Assembly: GCA_040954595.2 (NCBI GenBank)
Contig: CM082592.2
Span: forward strand, 558,001 to 622,000
DNA length: 64,000 nucleotides
Source: Balanoglossus misakiensis
Lineage: Eukaryota; Animalia; Hemichordata
Direction of reading: 5' to 3'
A program made the position numbers and the translations under genes. Below, one piece after another: positions 38,935-52,227 of this stretch; positions within the stretch are counted from its first letter, which is position 1, and the number at the start of each line of letters is the position of its first letter. The notes beneath the pieces are model-generated. The model saw nothing but the letters and a program-made list of their open reading frames with translations, did no database searches and was not told the DNA's origin.

Positions 38935-41591
38935 CCAGCCCCCAAATTGTTCATGAAAAAACATTAACAATTTCCATCCTAGCAAATTCAAAACGCCAAC
39001 ATCCATATGTGCCGAAATTACATATCAAATAGAAATTACAAAACAATATCTATAAATATCTCGAAACGCGAAGTCGAAAGTTTTTCAGGAAACGCGAATA
39101 CAAGAATCCTTTTCTTCATGAATGTGATGATACATCCTAGACCATGCCCAGACCTCGTCCGGTCAATCATGCTGCCAAGCATGATATCCAACACATCTGT
39201 ACTTCAAAGATGAGATCAAACGCTGGACGTAGTGGATAGACTGGCCACTACTTGAGATCGTTGTTATTACAGCTGCTGGTAACTGCAACCATACCAATAC
39301 CACTAAGTCTGTGCTTCCAGCAATGTGCACAACTTATCATATGGTCTTTCTAAAACACTGGATCTGGTCTTCACCAATACTCGTCTCACCACCCCTTTCC
39401 GATCAGGCATAACTTTGACGATTACACCCAAAGGCCACGCATTTCTGGAGGTGTTCTCATCCTTTTCCAATACAAATCTGACAGATACTGCACTTGCTTC
39501 CATCTGTGTACAGCATACAAGTCGTTCTTCTCCGTCACACCAGGGGGTGTTGCTGCTCCCTTCATAGTAAGCAACATAATGGGTGTCAATGCTTTTAAGT
39601 CTCTAACGTCGTCCGACGATACTGTAATCTCATGCGGTCCATCTGTACGACGACTTTTGTTCTTGGCACATCTCAACAATGTGTCACCCACTTTACGTAT
39701 CCAGGCCACTGCTTTCTTCAGTTTATACCAACTGGAGTAGTGGTCTATCATTTTCTGAACCGTCTCCTCCGCATTAACGGACATGGATCGATCCGCCCCT
39801 TTGTCAGGCGTCTGTCGTTCTCCCGAAACAACAGGTACTGTTCCCAACACAACGGGTACAGTTTCTTCTTCCGACCTCAAGGGTTTTCTATGCACTAGTG
39901 CAGATTTCTTCACCTCTGGATCTTCTGGATCTAGCTGTGTATTGTAGCTATCACTTGGCGATTTGTCTTGTGTCTTCCGCAAGAAATCAGGACCACCTAT
40001 CCATCTTTCGTTCTTCAGAAAAGCATCTATTTTCTGACCTCTAGAGCACTCATCTGCCGGGTTGTCACTGGTATTAATGTAGCGCCAGTTCGCTGGGTCT
40101 GATCCTCCTCGAATCACTGCTAGTCTATTCGCCACGAAGGTATGAAATCTTGTGGTTTTGTTGTTTATGTACCGCAGCACGGTTTTGCTATCCGTCCAAA
40201 ACACGGATTCATTGATTGGCAAATCCACCTCATTTCTGAGAAGTTTGTAAAGCCTCACTGCTACAGTAGCTGCAGTTAATTCCATTCGTGGGATCGATAT
40301 TTGCTTCAATGGAGCCACTCTTGCTTTGGCCATCATCAAAGTGCTGTGGATGTTTCCGCTTTTGTCGATCAACCTAAGATATGATACAGCGCCATATCCA
40401 TTTTCGCTGGCATCAGCAAAGTGATGTAGCTGAGCTGTGTCTACTTCACCAAAGTGCTCGGGCTTTATACATCTGGGTACTGCGAAACACTCTTCTAATT
40501 TCGGTAGATCCCTCAACCAATTCTCCCACACTTTGCGTTGTTTTCCAGGAATATCATCATCCCAGCCTAGTTTTGCTTTACACAGCTGCTGCAAAAGCAT
40601 CTTGGGTGGCAGAAGCGCTGGTGCTGCCATGCCCAGTGGGTCGTATAATGAACTAACCACTCCCAGAATTCCTCGTCTGGTCGCTGGTTTCTCTTTAGTA
40701 CGATTTCTGAATCCGAATTCGTCAGATTCCACGTTCCACTGCATACCGAGTGCATGCTCCATTGGCAAGTCATCTTGCTCCAAGTCTAAGTTCTTCACCT
40801 CTATCGCCCTTTGTTCTTCAGGTATTGCTTCCAAAACTGGACGCGTATTGCTGATCCACTTTGTGAGCTTGAACCCTGATTTCTTACAGGTGTCTGTCAG
40901 CCCTTCAGCCAAAGACTTTCCTTCCATCACTGTTGATGCTGCCTTCAACATGTCATCAACGTAGAAGTTTCTAGATATGGTGTTCTTGACACTCAGATCA
41001 GAAGTATTGTCTGAAGCTTTCTTCAACGCGAAGTTTGCACAACTGGGTGACGATGTAGCCCCGAAGATGTGCACTGTCATTCGGTACTCGACAGGAGGTT
41101 CCTCTACATTACCATTAGGCCACCACAGAAAACGCAGGAAATCTCGGTTTTCTTGCGACACGCCAACTTGAGAGAACATAGCCTCTATATCTGACATCAG
41201 TGCTATCCGCTCTTCACGAAAACGTATAAGCACTCCTACAAGTGAACTGGTCAGATCCGGTCCTTGCATTAATTCCTTGTTCAAAGAAGTTCCCTTGTAT
41301 TCTGCACCACAGTCGAAGACTACCCGGATTTTCTGTTTCTGTGGATGGTATACTCCATGATGGGGAAGATACCATTTCTTTCCAGGATTGCCTTCCAATT
41401 CTTCCTGTGGCACCCTTTCAGCATAGCCTTTGTCTATAATACTTTCCATGAAGGTAGTATATTCTTGACGATAGTCATCGTTGTTTCTAAATTTCTTTCC
41501 CAACTGAGAAAGCCGATATTCTACTGCCACTTTGTTGTTTGGCATCGTAACACCGTCATCACGAAACGGTAATGGCACCTGGTAATGACCA
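38548..41591 (-). mobile_element. BEL/Pao LTR retrotransposon 3' part (RT, RNase H, deleted integrase, 3' LTR): left palindrome arm
   Basis: Reverse complement of 43250-46293 (both 3044 bp); ORF 39422-41689 has WYLPHHGV, RVVFD, YVDD, FADAS, WTDS, NPAD. Confidence 0.95.
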
Positions 41592-43040
41592 AGGTCAAAT
41601 GTAGATCGAGTGGTCTTAGTGTACAAACGTACGCCTTTATTGACAACGGCAGTGACACAGTATTCTGTACGGAAACACTTCGTCGACAACTGAACGTCGG
41701 TGGTAAGAAAACAAAGATTATGCTGAACACTATCACTGGAAGTAAATCAGCTGATAGTCGTGTTATCAAGGGTCCAGAAGTTTCAGATCTTGATGAGCAT
41801 TACATCATCAAACTTCCAGCTACATATACGCAAGAGAAAATTCCTGCTTCGAAAGATCTCATCGTTACACAAGATGACATTGGCAAGTATCCTTATTTGC
41901 GTAAGGTACGCCTGCCTGAGATAGATGCGGAAATAGGCCTACTCATCGGTGGTAACGTTCCTGAAGCGTTTGAACCATGGGAAGTGATAAACAGTAATGG
42001 AGATGGACCATTTGCCGTACGTACCCGTTTAGGCTGGTTCAACTGGGTGACGATGTAGCCCCGAAGATGTGCACTGTCATTCGGTACTCGACAGGAGGTT
42101 CCTCTACATTACCATTAGGCCACCACAGAAAACGCTGGAAATCTCGGTTTTCTTGCGACACGCCAACTTGAGAGAACATAGCCTCTATATCTGACATCAG
42201 TGCTATCCGCTCTTCACGAAAACGTATAAGCACTCCTACAAGTGAACTGGTCAGATCCGGTCCTTGCATTAATTCCTTGTTCAAAGAAGTTCCCTTGTAT
42301 TCTGCACCACAGTCGAAGACTACCCGGATTTTCTGTTTCTGTGGATGGTATACTCCATGATGGGGAAGATACCATTTCTTTCCAGGATTGCCTTCCAATT
42401 CTTCCTGTGGCACCCTTTCAGCATAGCCTTTGTCTATAATACTTTCCATGAAGGTAGTATATTCTTGACGATAGTCATCGTTGTTTCTAAATTTCTTTCC
42501 CAACTGAGAAAGCCGATATTCTACTGCCACTTTGTTGTTTGGCATCGTAACACCGTCATCACGAAACGGTAATGGCACCTGGTAATGACCAAGGTCAAAT
42601 GTAGATCGAGTGGTCTTAGTGTACAAACGTACGCCTTTATTGACAACGGCAGTGACACAGTATTCTGTACGGAAACACTTCGTCGACAACTGAACGTCGG
42701 TGGTAAGAAAACAAAGATTATGCTGAACACTATCACTGGAAGTAAATCAGCTGATAGTCGTGTTATCAAGGGTCCAGAAGTTTCAGATCTTGATGAGCAT
42801 TACATCATCAAACTTCCAGCTACATATACGCAAGAGAAAATTCCTGCTTCGAAAGATCTCATCGTTACACAAGATGACATTGGCAAGTATCCTTATTTGC
42901 GTAAGGTACGCCTGCCTGAGATAGATGCGGAAATAGGCCTACTCATCGGTGGTAACGTTCCTGAAGCGTTTGAACCATGGGAAGTGATAAACAGTAATGG
43001 AGATGGACCATTTGCCGTACGTACCCGTTTAGGCTGGTTC
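41041..43040. repeat. Direct tandem duplication, 2 x 1000 bp, spanning the fold-back junction
   Basis: 41041-42040 matches 42041-43040; one substitution seen (41136 A vs 42136 T). Confidence 0.95.
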
Positions 43041-45538
43041 GTAAATGGTTTCCTTACGGGGGCTGGCGTGTCAGAAAATGAAACTGCCGCAACAGTCTGT
43101 AGAATACAAGTTGGACCGGCGATTGATCAGCAGTTAATCCACCTCTTCAATCACGAGTTCAGCGAGCGCATCATAGATGACAAACCCGAAGATTCGGTTG
43201 AAGATAGAAAGTTCATGAAGATTGCGTACGAACAAACACAGTTTGTTGATGGTCATTACCAGGTGCCATTACCGTTTCGTGATGACGGTGTTACGATGCC
43301 AAACAACAAAGTGGCAGTAGAATATCGGCTTTCTCAGTTGGGAAAGAAATTTAGAAACAACGATGACTGTCGTCAAGAATATACTACCTTCATGGAAAGT
43401 ATTATAGACAAAGGCTATGCTGAAAGGGTGCCACATGAAGAATTGGAAGGCAATCCTGGAAAGAAATGGTATCTTCCCCATCATGGAGTATACCATCCAC
43501 AGAAACAGAAAATCCGGGTAGTCTTCGACTGTGGTGCAGAATACAAGGGAACTTCTTTGAACAAGGAATTAATGCAAGGACCGGATCTGACCAGTTCACT
43601 TGTAGGAGTGCTTATACGTTTTCGTGAAGAGCGGATAGCACTGATGTCAGATATAGAGGCTATGTTCTCTCAAGTTGGCGTGTCGCAAGAAAACCGAGAT
43701 TTCCAGCGTTTTCTGTGGTGGCCTAATGGTAATGTAGAGGAACCTCCTGTCGAGTACCGAATGACAGTGCACATCTTCGGGGCTACATCGTCACCCAGTT
43801 GTGCAAACTTCGCGTTGAAGAAAGCTTCAGACAATACTTCTGATCTGAGTGTCAAGAACACCATATCTAGAAACTTCTACGTTGATGACATGTTGAAGGC
43901 AGCATCAACAGTGATGGAAGGAAAGTCTTTGGCTGAAGGGCTGACTGACACCTGTAAGAAATCAGGGTTCAAGCTCACAAAGTGGATCAGCAATACGCGT
44001 CCAGTTTTGGAAGCAATACCTGAAGAACAAAGGGCGATAGAGGTGAAGAACTTAGACTTGGAGCAAGATGACTTGCCAATGGAGCATGCACTCGGTATGC
44101 AGTGGAACGTGGAATCTGACGAATTCGGATTCAGAAATCGTACTAAAGAGAAACCAGCGACCAGACGAGGAATTCTGGGAGTGGTTAGTTCATTATACGA
44201 CCCACTGGGCATGGCAGCACCAGCGCTTCTGCCACCCAAGATGCTTTTGCAGCAGCTGTGTAAAGCAAAACTAGGCTGGGATGATGATATTCCTGGAAAA
44301 CAACGCAAAGTGTGGGAGAATTGGTTGAGGGATCTACCGAAATTAGAAGAGTGTTTCGCAGTACCCAGATGTATAAAGCCCGAGCACTTTGGTGAAGTAG
44401 ACACAGCTCAGCTACATCACTTTGCTGATGCCAGCGAAAATGGATATGGCGCTGTATCATATCTTAGGTTGATCGACAAAAGCGGAAACATCCACAGCAC
44501 TTTGATGATGGCCAAAGCAAGAGTGGCTCCATTGAAGCAAATATCGATCCCACGAATGGAATTAACTGCAGCTACTGTAGCAGTGAGGCTTGACAAACTT
44601 CTCAGAAAGGAGATGGATTTGCCAATCAATGAATCCGTGTTTTGGACGGATAGCAAAACCGTGCTGCGGTACATAAACAACGAAACCACAAGATGTCATA
44701 CCTTTGTGGCGAATAGACTAGCAGTGATTCGAGGAGGATCAGACCCAGCGAACTGGCGCTACATTAATACCAGTGACAACCCGGCAGATGAGTGCTCTAG
44801 AGGTCAGAAAATAGATGCTTTTCTGAAGAACGAAAGATGGATAGGTGGTCCTGATTTCTTGCGGAAGACACAAGACAAATCGCCAAGTGATAGCTACAAT
44901 ACACAGCTAGATCCAGAAGATCCAGAGGTGAAGAAATCTGCACTAGTGCATAGAAAACCCTTGAGGTCGGAAGAAGAAACTGTACCCGTTGTGTTGGGAA
45001 CAGTACCTGTTGTTTCGGGAGAACGACAGACGCCTGACAAAGGGGCGGATCGATCCATGTCCGTTAATGCGGAGGAGACGGTTCAGAAAATGATAGACCA
45101 CTACTCCAGTTGGTATAAACTGAAGAAAGCAGTGGCCTGGATACGTAAAGTGGGTGACACATTGTTGAGATGTGCCAAGAACAAAAGTCGTCGTACAGAT
45201 GGACCGCATGAGATTACAGTATCGTCGGACGACGTTAGAGACTTTAAAGCATTGACACCCAGTATGTTGCTTACTATGAAGGGAGCAGCAACACCCCCTG
45301 GTGTGACGGAGAAGAACGACTTGTATGCTGTACACAGATGGAAGCAATTGCAGTATTTGTCAGATTTGTATTGGAAAAGGATGAGAACACCTCCAGAAAT
45401 GCGTGGCCTTTGGGTGTAATCGTCAAAGTTATGCCTGATCGGAAAGGGGTGGTGAGACGAGTATTGGTGAAGACCAGATCCAGTGTTTTAGAAAGACCAT
45501 ATGATAAGTTGTGCACATTGCTGGAAGCACAGACTTAG
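42585..45538 (+). pseudogene. BEL/Pao pol remnant: 944-codon open frame (aspartic protease, RT, RNase H) plus frameshifted C-terminal DUF5641-like tail
   Basis: TYAFIDNGS (protease), RTRLGW, DIEAMF, FGATSSP, YVDD, FADAS, PRMEL, WTDS, NPAD. The start ATG is created by the inversion junction. Confidence 0.9.
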
Positions 45539-46293
45539 TGGTATTGGTATGGTTGCAGTTACCAGCAGCTGTAATAACAACGATCTCAAGTAGTGGCCAG
45601 TCTATCCACTACGTCCAGCGTTTGATCTCATCTTTGAAGTACAGATGTGTTGGATATCATGCTTGGCAGCATGATTGACCGGACGAGGTCTGGGCATGGT
45701 CTAGGATGTATCATCACATTCATGAAGAAAAGGATTCTTGTATTCGCGTTTCCTGAAAAACTTTCGACTTCGCGTTTCGAGATATTTATAGATATTGTTT
45801 TGTAATTTCTATTTGATATGTAATTTCGGCACATATGGATGTTGGCGTTTTGAATTTGCTAGGATGAAAATTGTTAATGTTTTTTCATGAACAATTTGGG
45901 GGCTGGTGTAAGGACGCCCAGTTCTTAGAGAAACTGAAATATTTAGTCTAGCGCCCTCGCGCTGTGAGTACATTAGCGCATGCGCTTTTGTTTAGAAAAT
46001 ATCTGGAAAATTCCATGGCGCACATGTGAGGACTTTTGCACAGTTAGCCTGGGGATTTTTGCCAGTTTTCTACGGAAACTTCAACCACCGCGACGCATCA
46101 TCCAGTGCCAGTGTTGTATGTTCAGTCATTAAATGTTCGTGTAAAGTTCCGAGCAGCGTTTTCTGTGACATCTGACAAGGAATGTTCGTCGGCGATGGTG
46201 AGCTCCAGTTAGTTAACGGCAAATACTATAGAACCCTGTGGCCTTTGATGTGAATTAGGGCGCCATTTGAGACGGCACATCGAGGTTACTACA
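42592..46293 (+). mobile_element. BEL/Pao LTR retrotransposon lacking 5' LTR, gag and integrase core: spacer plus right palindrome arm
   Basis: Protease-RT-RNase H order, C-terminal WPLG..VVRRVLVKT..RPYDKLCTL segment, PPT-like tract, LTR. Confidence 0.95.
45907..46293 (+). repeat. 3' LTR (387 bp), right copy
   Basis: Follows TTTGGGGGCTGG; TGTA...TACA termini; ATTAAA at 46128-46133; abuts satellite. Confidence 0.85.
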
Positions 46294-49200
46294 CTGGTAA
46301 CGTTGAACAAGTCGATTTTTCTAGGGCCTGGCTCGGCTAAATCTCCGTCACAATATGACAGACACTAGCGTACGTTAGCAACGGTGATCAAGTCAGATTT
46401 TCTACGGCATGGCTTGGATAAAGCCCCGGCACTCTAGAGCAGAAACACGCGTACAGAGACCACGTTGATCAAGTCTGATCTCCTACGGCTTGGCTCGACT
46501 GAAACCCCGGCACACTATGACAGACACTAGCGTTCGTTAGCAACGTTGATCAAGTCAGATTTCCTACGGCATGGCTTGGCTAAAGCCCTGGCACTGTAGA
46601 GCAGAAACACGCGTACAGAGACCACGTTGATCTACTCACATTTCCTTCGGCCTGGCACGGCTGATGCCCCGGCACTATATATAGGACACAGACTGGCGTA
46701 AGTTAACAACGGTAATCACGTCGGGTTTCCTACGGCCTGGCTCAGCTGAAGCCCCGGCACTCTAGAGCAGAAACAGGCGTACATTGACCACGTTGATCAA
46801 GTCAGATTTCCTACGGCGTGACTCGGCTGGTGCACCGGCTCTATATGACACAGACTGGCGTAAGTTATCAACGGTGATTACGTCGGATTTCCTACGGCCT
46901 GGTTTAGCTGAAGCCCCGGCACTTTAGAGCGGAAACACGCGTACATTGACCACGATGATCAAGTCAGATCTCCTACGGCCTGGCTCGACTAAAACCCCGG
47001 CACACCATGACAGACACTAGCGTTCGTCAGCAACGGTGATCAAGTCTGATTTCCTTCGGCCTGGCTCTGCAAAAGACCTGACACTCTAGTACAAAGACGT
47101 TGGCTAAGTCGGGCAAACCGAAGAGGGAAAGCCACAGCGGGTCAACACTCGACATTTGTTCGGGTAGGACTGCATTATTGCCTGTCAATTTGTAGAGAAA
47201 GCTCGAATTTAACCAGGGCGTTTCAAACACCGACGTTAGTTGGGGGCACGGCCTGCAGTACTGCCGGGTAAACTGACATCGGCGTACCGCATGTAATGTA
47301 GGGGGGGGGGGGGGAAACAGAACGGTTCAATACTACATTTATCAGATATCAGCTAATTTTGGACAATCATCTTAAATATATCTAATTCATTTTTTCATAT
47401 TTGGATATCTGATGATGTATGAAATTTCCATTATATGTAAAAATGGTGCTGATTATAAAAATGCACTCTGAATGAGCTGATTTAATACAAAATTGCGTTT
47501 TATTCGTTTTTTGCACCAAAAAAGTCATTTTTAGGCAAAACATTCTTTATTTTTTTAATTCGGTGACCTGATCATATATAAACAATTGCTTGTATGTTAA
47601 AAGTTTTTCTGACTTTTAAAAGCAGTGACACTGGCGGCATTCAACACGAAAATAACAATTTTAGCCACAATTTGGTCAAAATGGTAAATTTTTGAAAATT
47701 ACAAAAAATACCTGTTTTCTACATTTTCGGAAATCTGATGGAGTATAGAATGCTCTTCGTATGTATATATCGATACAAATTCCACAAAAGACCGTCTAAT
47801 TTGGCTCACTGCAGACAAAATTGCGTTTTACCAAATTTTCCTTGAAAATGTCATTTTTAGAAAAAAAATAAAAAAAACCTTTGTTCTTCGAATTTGGTGC
47901 CCTGATCATATATGACATGTTGATTGTATGTTAAAACTTTCGACCACTCCAAAAATGCAGAGATATTGACGGAATTCAAGAAAAAATAGCCATTTTGGCC
48001 ATATTTTGACAAAAATGGTAAATTTTAAAAAAATCTTAAAAAATTAACTCTTTTCTTCATTTTCGGAAATATTATGGAGCATGAAGTGTCGTTCTCTTGT
48101 AAAAAGTGCTGCAAATTCCAGAAAAGGCGGTATAATTTGAATCATCCAAGTCAAAATTACCATTTTTGACATTTTCCGAAAAATTGTCTTTTTTACAAAA
48201 TAAATAAGAATAAATTCTTTTCTTAGTTTCAAACGGGTAGAGATACTTTCCACACGGGTTTTCTAACATTGAATTCCCGTTCATCAACTCAGATTTCCTA
48301 CAGCATAAGTCGGCTAAAACCCTGACACTCTAGAGCAGAAACAGTTGCACACTGGTAACGTTGAACAAGTCGATTTTTCTACGGCCTGGCTCGGCTAAAT
48401 CTCCGTCAAAATATGACAGACACTAGCGTACGTTAGCAACGGTGATCAAGTCAGATTTTCTACGGCATGGCTTGGATAAAGCCCCGGCACTCTAGAGCAG
48501 AAACACGCGTACAGAGACCACGTTGATCAAGTCTGAACTCCTACGGCTTGGCTCGACTAAAACCCCGGCACACTATGACAGACACTAGCGTTCGTTAGCA
48601 ACGTTGATCAAGTCAGATTTCCTACGGCATGGCTTGGCTGAAGCCCCGGCACTATATATAGGACACAGACTGGCGTAAGTTAACAACGGTAATCACGTCG
48701 GGTTTCCTACGGCCTGGCTCAGCTGAAGCCCCGGCACTCTAGAGCAGAAACATGCGTACATTGACCACGTTGATCAAGTCAGATTTCCTACGGCGTGACT
48801 CGGCTGGTGCACCGGCTCTATATGACACAGACTGGCGTAAGTTATCAACGGTGATTACGTCGGATTTCCTACGGCCTGGTTTAGCTGAAGCCCCGGCACT
48901 TTAGAGCGGAAACACGCGTACATTGACCACGATGATCAAGTCAGATCTCCTACGGCCTGGCTCGACTAAAACCCCGGCACACCATGACAGACACTAGCGT
49001 TCGTTAGCAACGGTGATCAAGTCGGATTTCCTTCGGCCTGGCTCTGCAAAAGACCCGACACTCTAGTACAAAGACGTTGGCTAAGTCGGGCAAAACGAAG
49101 AGGGAAAGTCACAGCGGGTCAACACTCGACATTTGATCGGGTAGGACTGCATTATTGCCTGTCAATTTATAGAGAGAGCCCGAATTTAACCAGGGCGTTT

Positions 49201-50794
49201 CAAACACCGACGTTAGTTGGGGGCACGGCCTGCAGTACTGCCGGGTAAGCTGACATCGGCGTACCGCATATAATGTAGGGGGGGGGGACAGAACGGTTCA
49301 ATACTACATTTATTAGATATCAGCTAATTTTGGACAATCATCTAAAATCTAAATCATTTTTTCATATTTGGATATCTGATGATGTATGAAATTTCCATTA
49401 TATGTAAAAATGGTGCTGATTATAAAAAATGCACTCTGAATGAGCTGATTTAATACAAAATTGCGTTTTATTCGTTCTTGCACCAAAAAGGTCATTTTTA
49501 GGCAAAACATTCTTTATTTTTTTAATTCGGTGACCTGATCATATATAAACAATTGCTTGTATGTTAAAAGTTTTTATGACTTTTAAAAGCAGTGACACTG
49601 GCGGCATTCAACACGAAAATAACAATTTTAGCCACAATTTGGTCAAAATCGTAAATTTTTGAAAATTACAAAAATACCTGTTTTCTACATTTTTGGAAAT
49701 CTGATGGAGTATAGAATGCTCTTCGTATATATATATCGATACAAATTCCACAAAAAACGGCCAATTTGGCTCACTGCAGACAAAATTGCGTTTTACCAAA
49801 TTTTCCTTGAAAATGTCATTTTTAGAAGAAAAAAATAAAAAAACCTTTGTTTTTCGAATTTGGTGCCCTGATCATATATGACATGTTGATTATATGTTAA
49901 AACTTTCGACCACTCCAAAAATGCAGAGATATTGACGGAATTCAAGAAAAAATAGCCATTTTGGCCATATTTTGACAAAAATGGTAGATTTTTAAAAAAT
50001 CATAAAAAATTAACTCTTTTCTTCATTTTCGGAAATATTATGGATAATGAAGTGTCGTTCTCTTGTAAAAAGTGCTGCAAATTCCAGAAAACGCGGTATA
50101 AATTGAATCACCCAAGACAAAATTACCATTTTCGACTTTTTTTCGAAAAATTGTCTTTTTTACAAAATAAATAAGAATAAATTCTTTTCTTAGTTTCAAA
50201 CGGGTAGAGATACTTTCCACACGGGTTTTCTTACGTTGAATTCCCGTTCATCAACTCAGATTTCCTACAGCATAAGTCGGCTAAAACCCCGGCACTCTAG
50301 AGCAGAAACACGCGTACAGAAATCACGTTGATCAAGTCTGATCTCCTACGGCTTGGCTCGACTAAAACCCCGGCACACTATGACAGACACTAGCGTTCGT
50401 TAGCAACGTTGATCAAGTCAGATTTCCTACGGCATGGCTTGGCTAAAGCCCTGGCACTCTAGAGCAAAAACACGCGTACAGAGACCACGTTGATCTACTC
50501 ACATTTCCTTCGGCCTGGCACGGCTGATGCCCCGGCACTATATATAGGACACAGACTGGCGTAAGTTAACAACGGTAATCACGTCGGGTTTCCTACGGCC
50601 TGGCTCAGCTGAAGCCCCGGCACTCTAGAGCAGAAACAGGCGTACATTGACCACGTTGATCAAGTCAGATTTCCTACGGCGTGACTCGGCTGGTGCACCG
50701 GCTCTATATGACACAGACTGGCGTAAGTTATCAACGGTGATTACGTCGGATTTCCTACGGCCTGGTTTAGCTGAAGCCCCGGCACTTTAGAGCG
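46294..50794 (-). repeat. Composite macrosatellite array, segment 3 (- orientation)
   Basis: Reverse complement of the same unit; markers at 48253 and 50220. Confidence 0.97.
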
Positions 50795-52227
50795 AGACGT
50801 TCTTTGCCGAGTAGGATGCTGTCAGACAACGCATCGACTTATTTATCGGCTGCCAATGAAATCAAAACACTGTTTGATACGCCAGAAGTAAATGACTTTC
50901 TCGCCGCACATCGTGTACAATGGACGTTTATACCGAAGCGCGCGCCCTGGTTTGGTGGCTTCTGGGAGAGGCTGATTGCTTTGACAAAGAACGCTATTAG
51001 GAAAACTCGGTCGAGCTTACCTAACCTTTGATGAACTCGCAACAGTTGTGACTGAAATTGAAGCCGTTTTAAACGACGGGCCGTTAACGTACGTGTCATC
51101 CAGTATAAACGACAACATTGGATTGACCCCAAATCACTTGCTACATGGCAGGACACTGACATCATTGCCGTACATCGAGATCACCGACGAAGAGGTGATT
51201 GACCCATCTTACTGTGATAATCGTGAAATCAACAAAAGATATGAACATCTATCAAGATTACACGATCAATTTTGGCGAAGATGGTCGTCCGATTATCTGA
51301 CTGCCCTACGTGAACGACATCCCACCAAAGGAACTCGTGATAATGTCATCAAGGTCGGAGATGTCGTGATAATACACAGTGACACTGACAAACGTCCGAA
51401 ATGGCATTTAGGAACTGTAACAAGGTTGATCTTCGGTAATGATAAACTGGTACGATCTGCGGAGTTGAACACCGCAGGTGGTCCTACAAACCGACCTATC
51501 CATAAATTGTACACATTGGAAGTTGTCTCCAAGGAGCTGTCAACTGTGTCTGGAGATAATACAGGTATTGGAGCAGATTCCAACACGAATACTGAAACAG
51601 TCGACACAGCTGGAGCCTCTGAAGATTCCTCGGTGAAGGCGGATTTTGTACCCCCGAGACGACCTGTCAGAGACTCTGCAGTTGCCGCTCGAGTACGAAT
51701 AGCGGATCTCTCTATTTGACTTTGAAATTGGAAAACAATTTCGATCGCATTGTGACTGTTATCATGTTTACTGACACAATGAACATTAGTTTATTATCCT
51801 TGAACACTTTAGGTGACTTTAATCATATTTCATGTTATTTGATGTTTTTTTTTCTGACGATTTTCGAGACTTTCCTTTGCGCGGGGGAGAATATGGAGAA
51901 GTGAGAGATTTACTCCAGAAGGATCACGTGACGGAAACTCTTACCCTATCAGAGTTGACTTTGTTTCCCGCCAAACTTTATACTTGTAGCAGATTTATTG
52001 TAATTTTTGAGTGTTTGCTCCGGCGTTCGTGGGACTTATATATAACCCAGATTTGGCGCTTTCGGGCAGCATTTTCTAAGGAGCTCTGTGGTGTTACTTT
52101 GTTGATGGATTCAGATGGTAATAAACCAGTGTTTTACCTAGCACTGAATCGTTCGCTTCTTTTCCGACGTCAGTATACTCGAACCCCCTCCCGGGAGTAT
52201 TGATCACTGCCACGATACTTCCCCACA
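50795..52227 (+). mobile_element. 3' fragment of a second BEL/Pao family (integrase core half, DUF5641-like domain, 3' LTR)
   Basis: RRSLPSRMLSDNAS, WTFIPKRAPWFGGFWERL, frameshift ~51007, EIEAVLNDGPLT, LTPNHLL, FWRRWSSDYL, VGDVV, WHLG, RPIHKLY; PPT GGGGGAGAA. Confidence 0.92.
51892..52227 (+). repeat. 3' LTR of second BEL/Pao family (~336 bp)
   Basis: Follows the PPT; imperfect terminal inverted repeats TATGGAGAAGT / ACTTCCCCACA (9 of 11); TATATAA ~52039; AATAAA 52120-52125. Confidence 0.78.

Noticed and set aside
39422-42689. N-terminus MSTKCFRTEY... of the minus-strand pol ORFs, and antisense ORFs over pol
   Set aside because: These are antisense reads of the protease spacer across the inversion junction, or shadow frames of pol.
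38548-46293. DIRS element, foldback/TIR transposon, or two independent LTR insertions
   Set aside because: The inverted repeats include pol and flanking satellite with an identical junction; no tyrosine recombinase or transposase; the pol is BEL/Pao type.
46400-46480. 5S rRNA-like words (CCTACGGC, ACCACGTTGA, GATCACCG, TGCTGTAGG) in the 81-bp monomer
   Set aside because: Short, wrongly spaced and on mixed strands; no box C or 120-nt colinearity. No snRNA or tRNA recognised in the unit either.
47400-47440. Hammerhead ribozyme-like CTGATGA..GAAA in the AT block
   Set aside because: Only TGTAT lies between the boxes, so stem II cannot form, and I see no stem I pairing; an Infernal search would settle it.
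50795-52227. Integrase fragment as the missing piece of the palindromic element
   Set aside because: Its LTR, PPT and the overlapping C-terminal protein region differ: a separate family, itself truncated and frameshifted.
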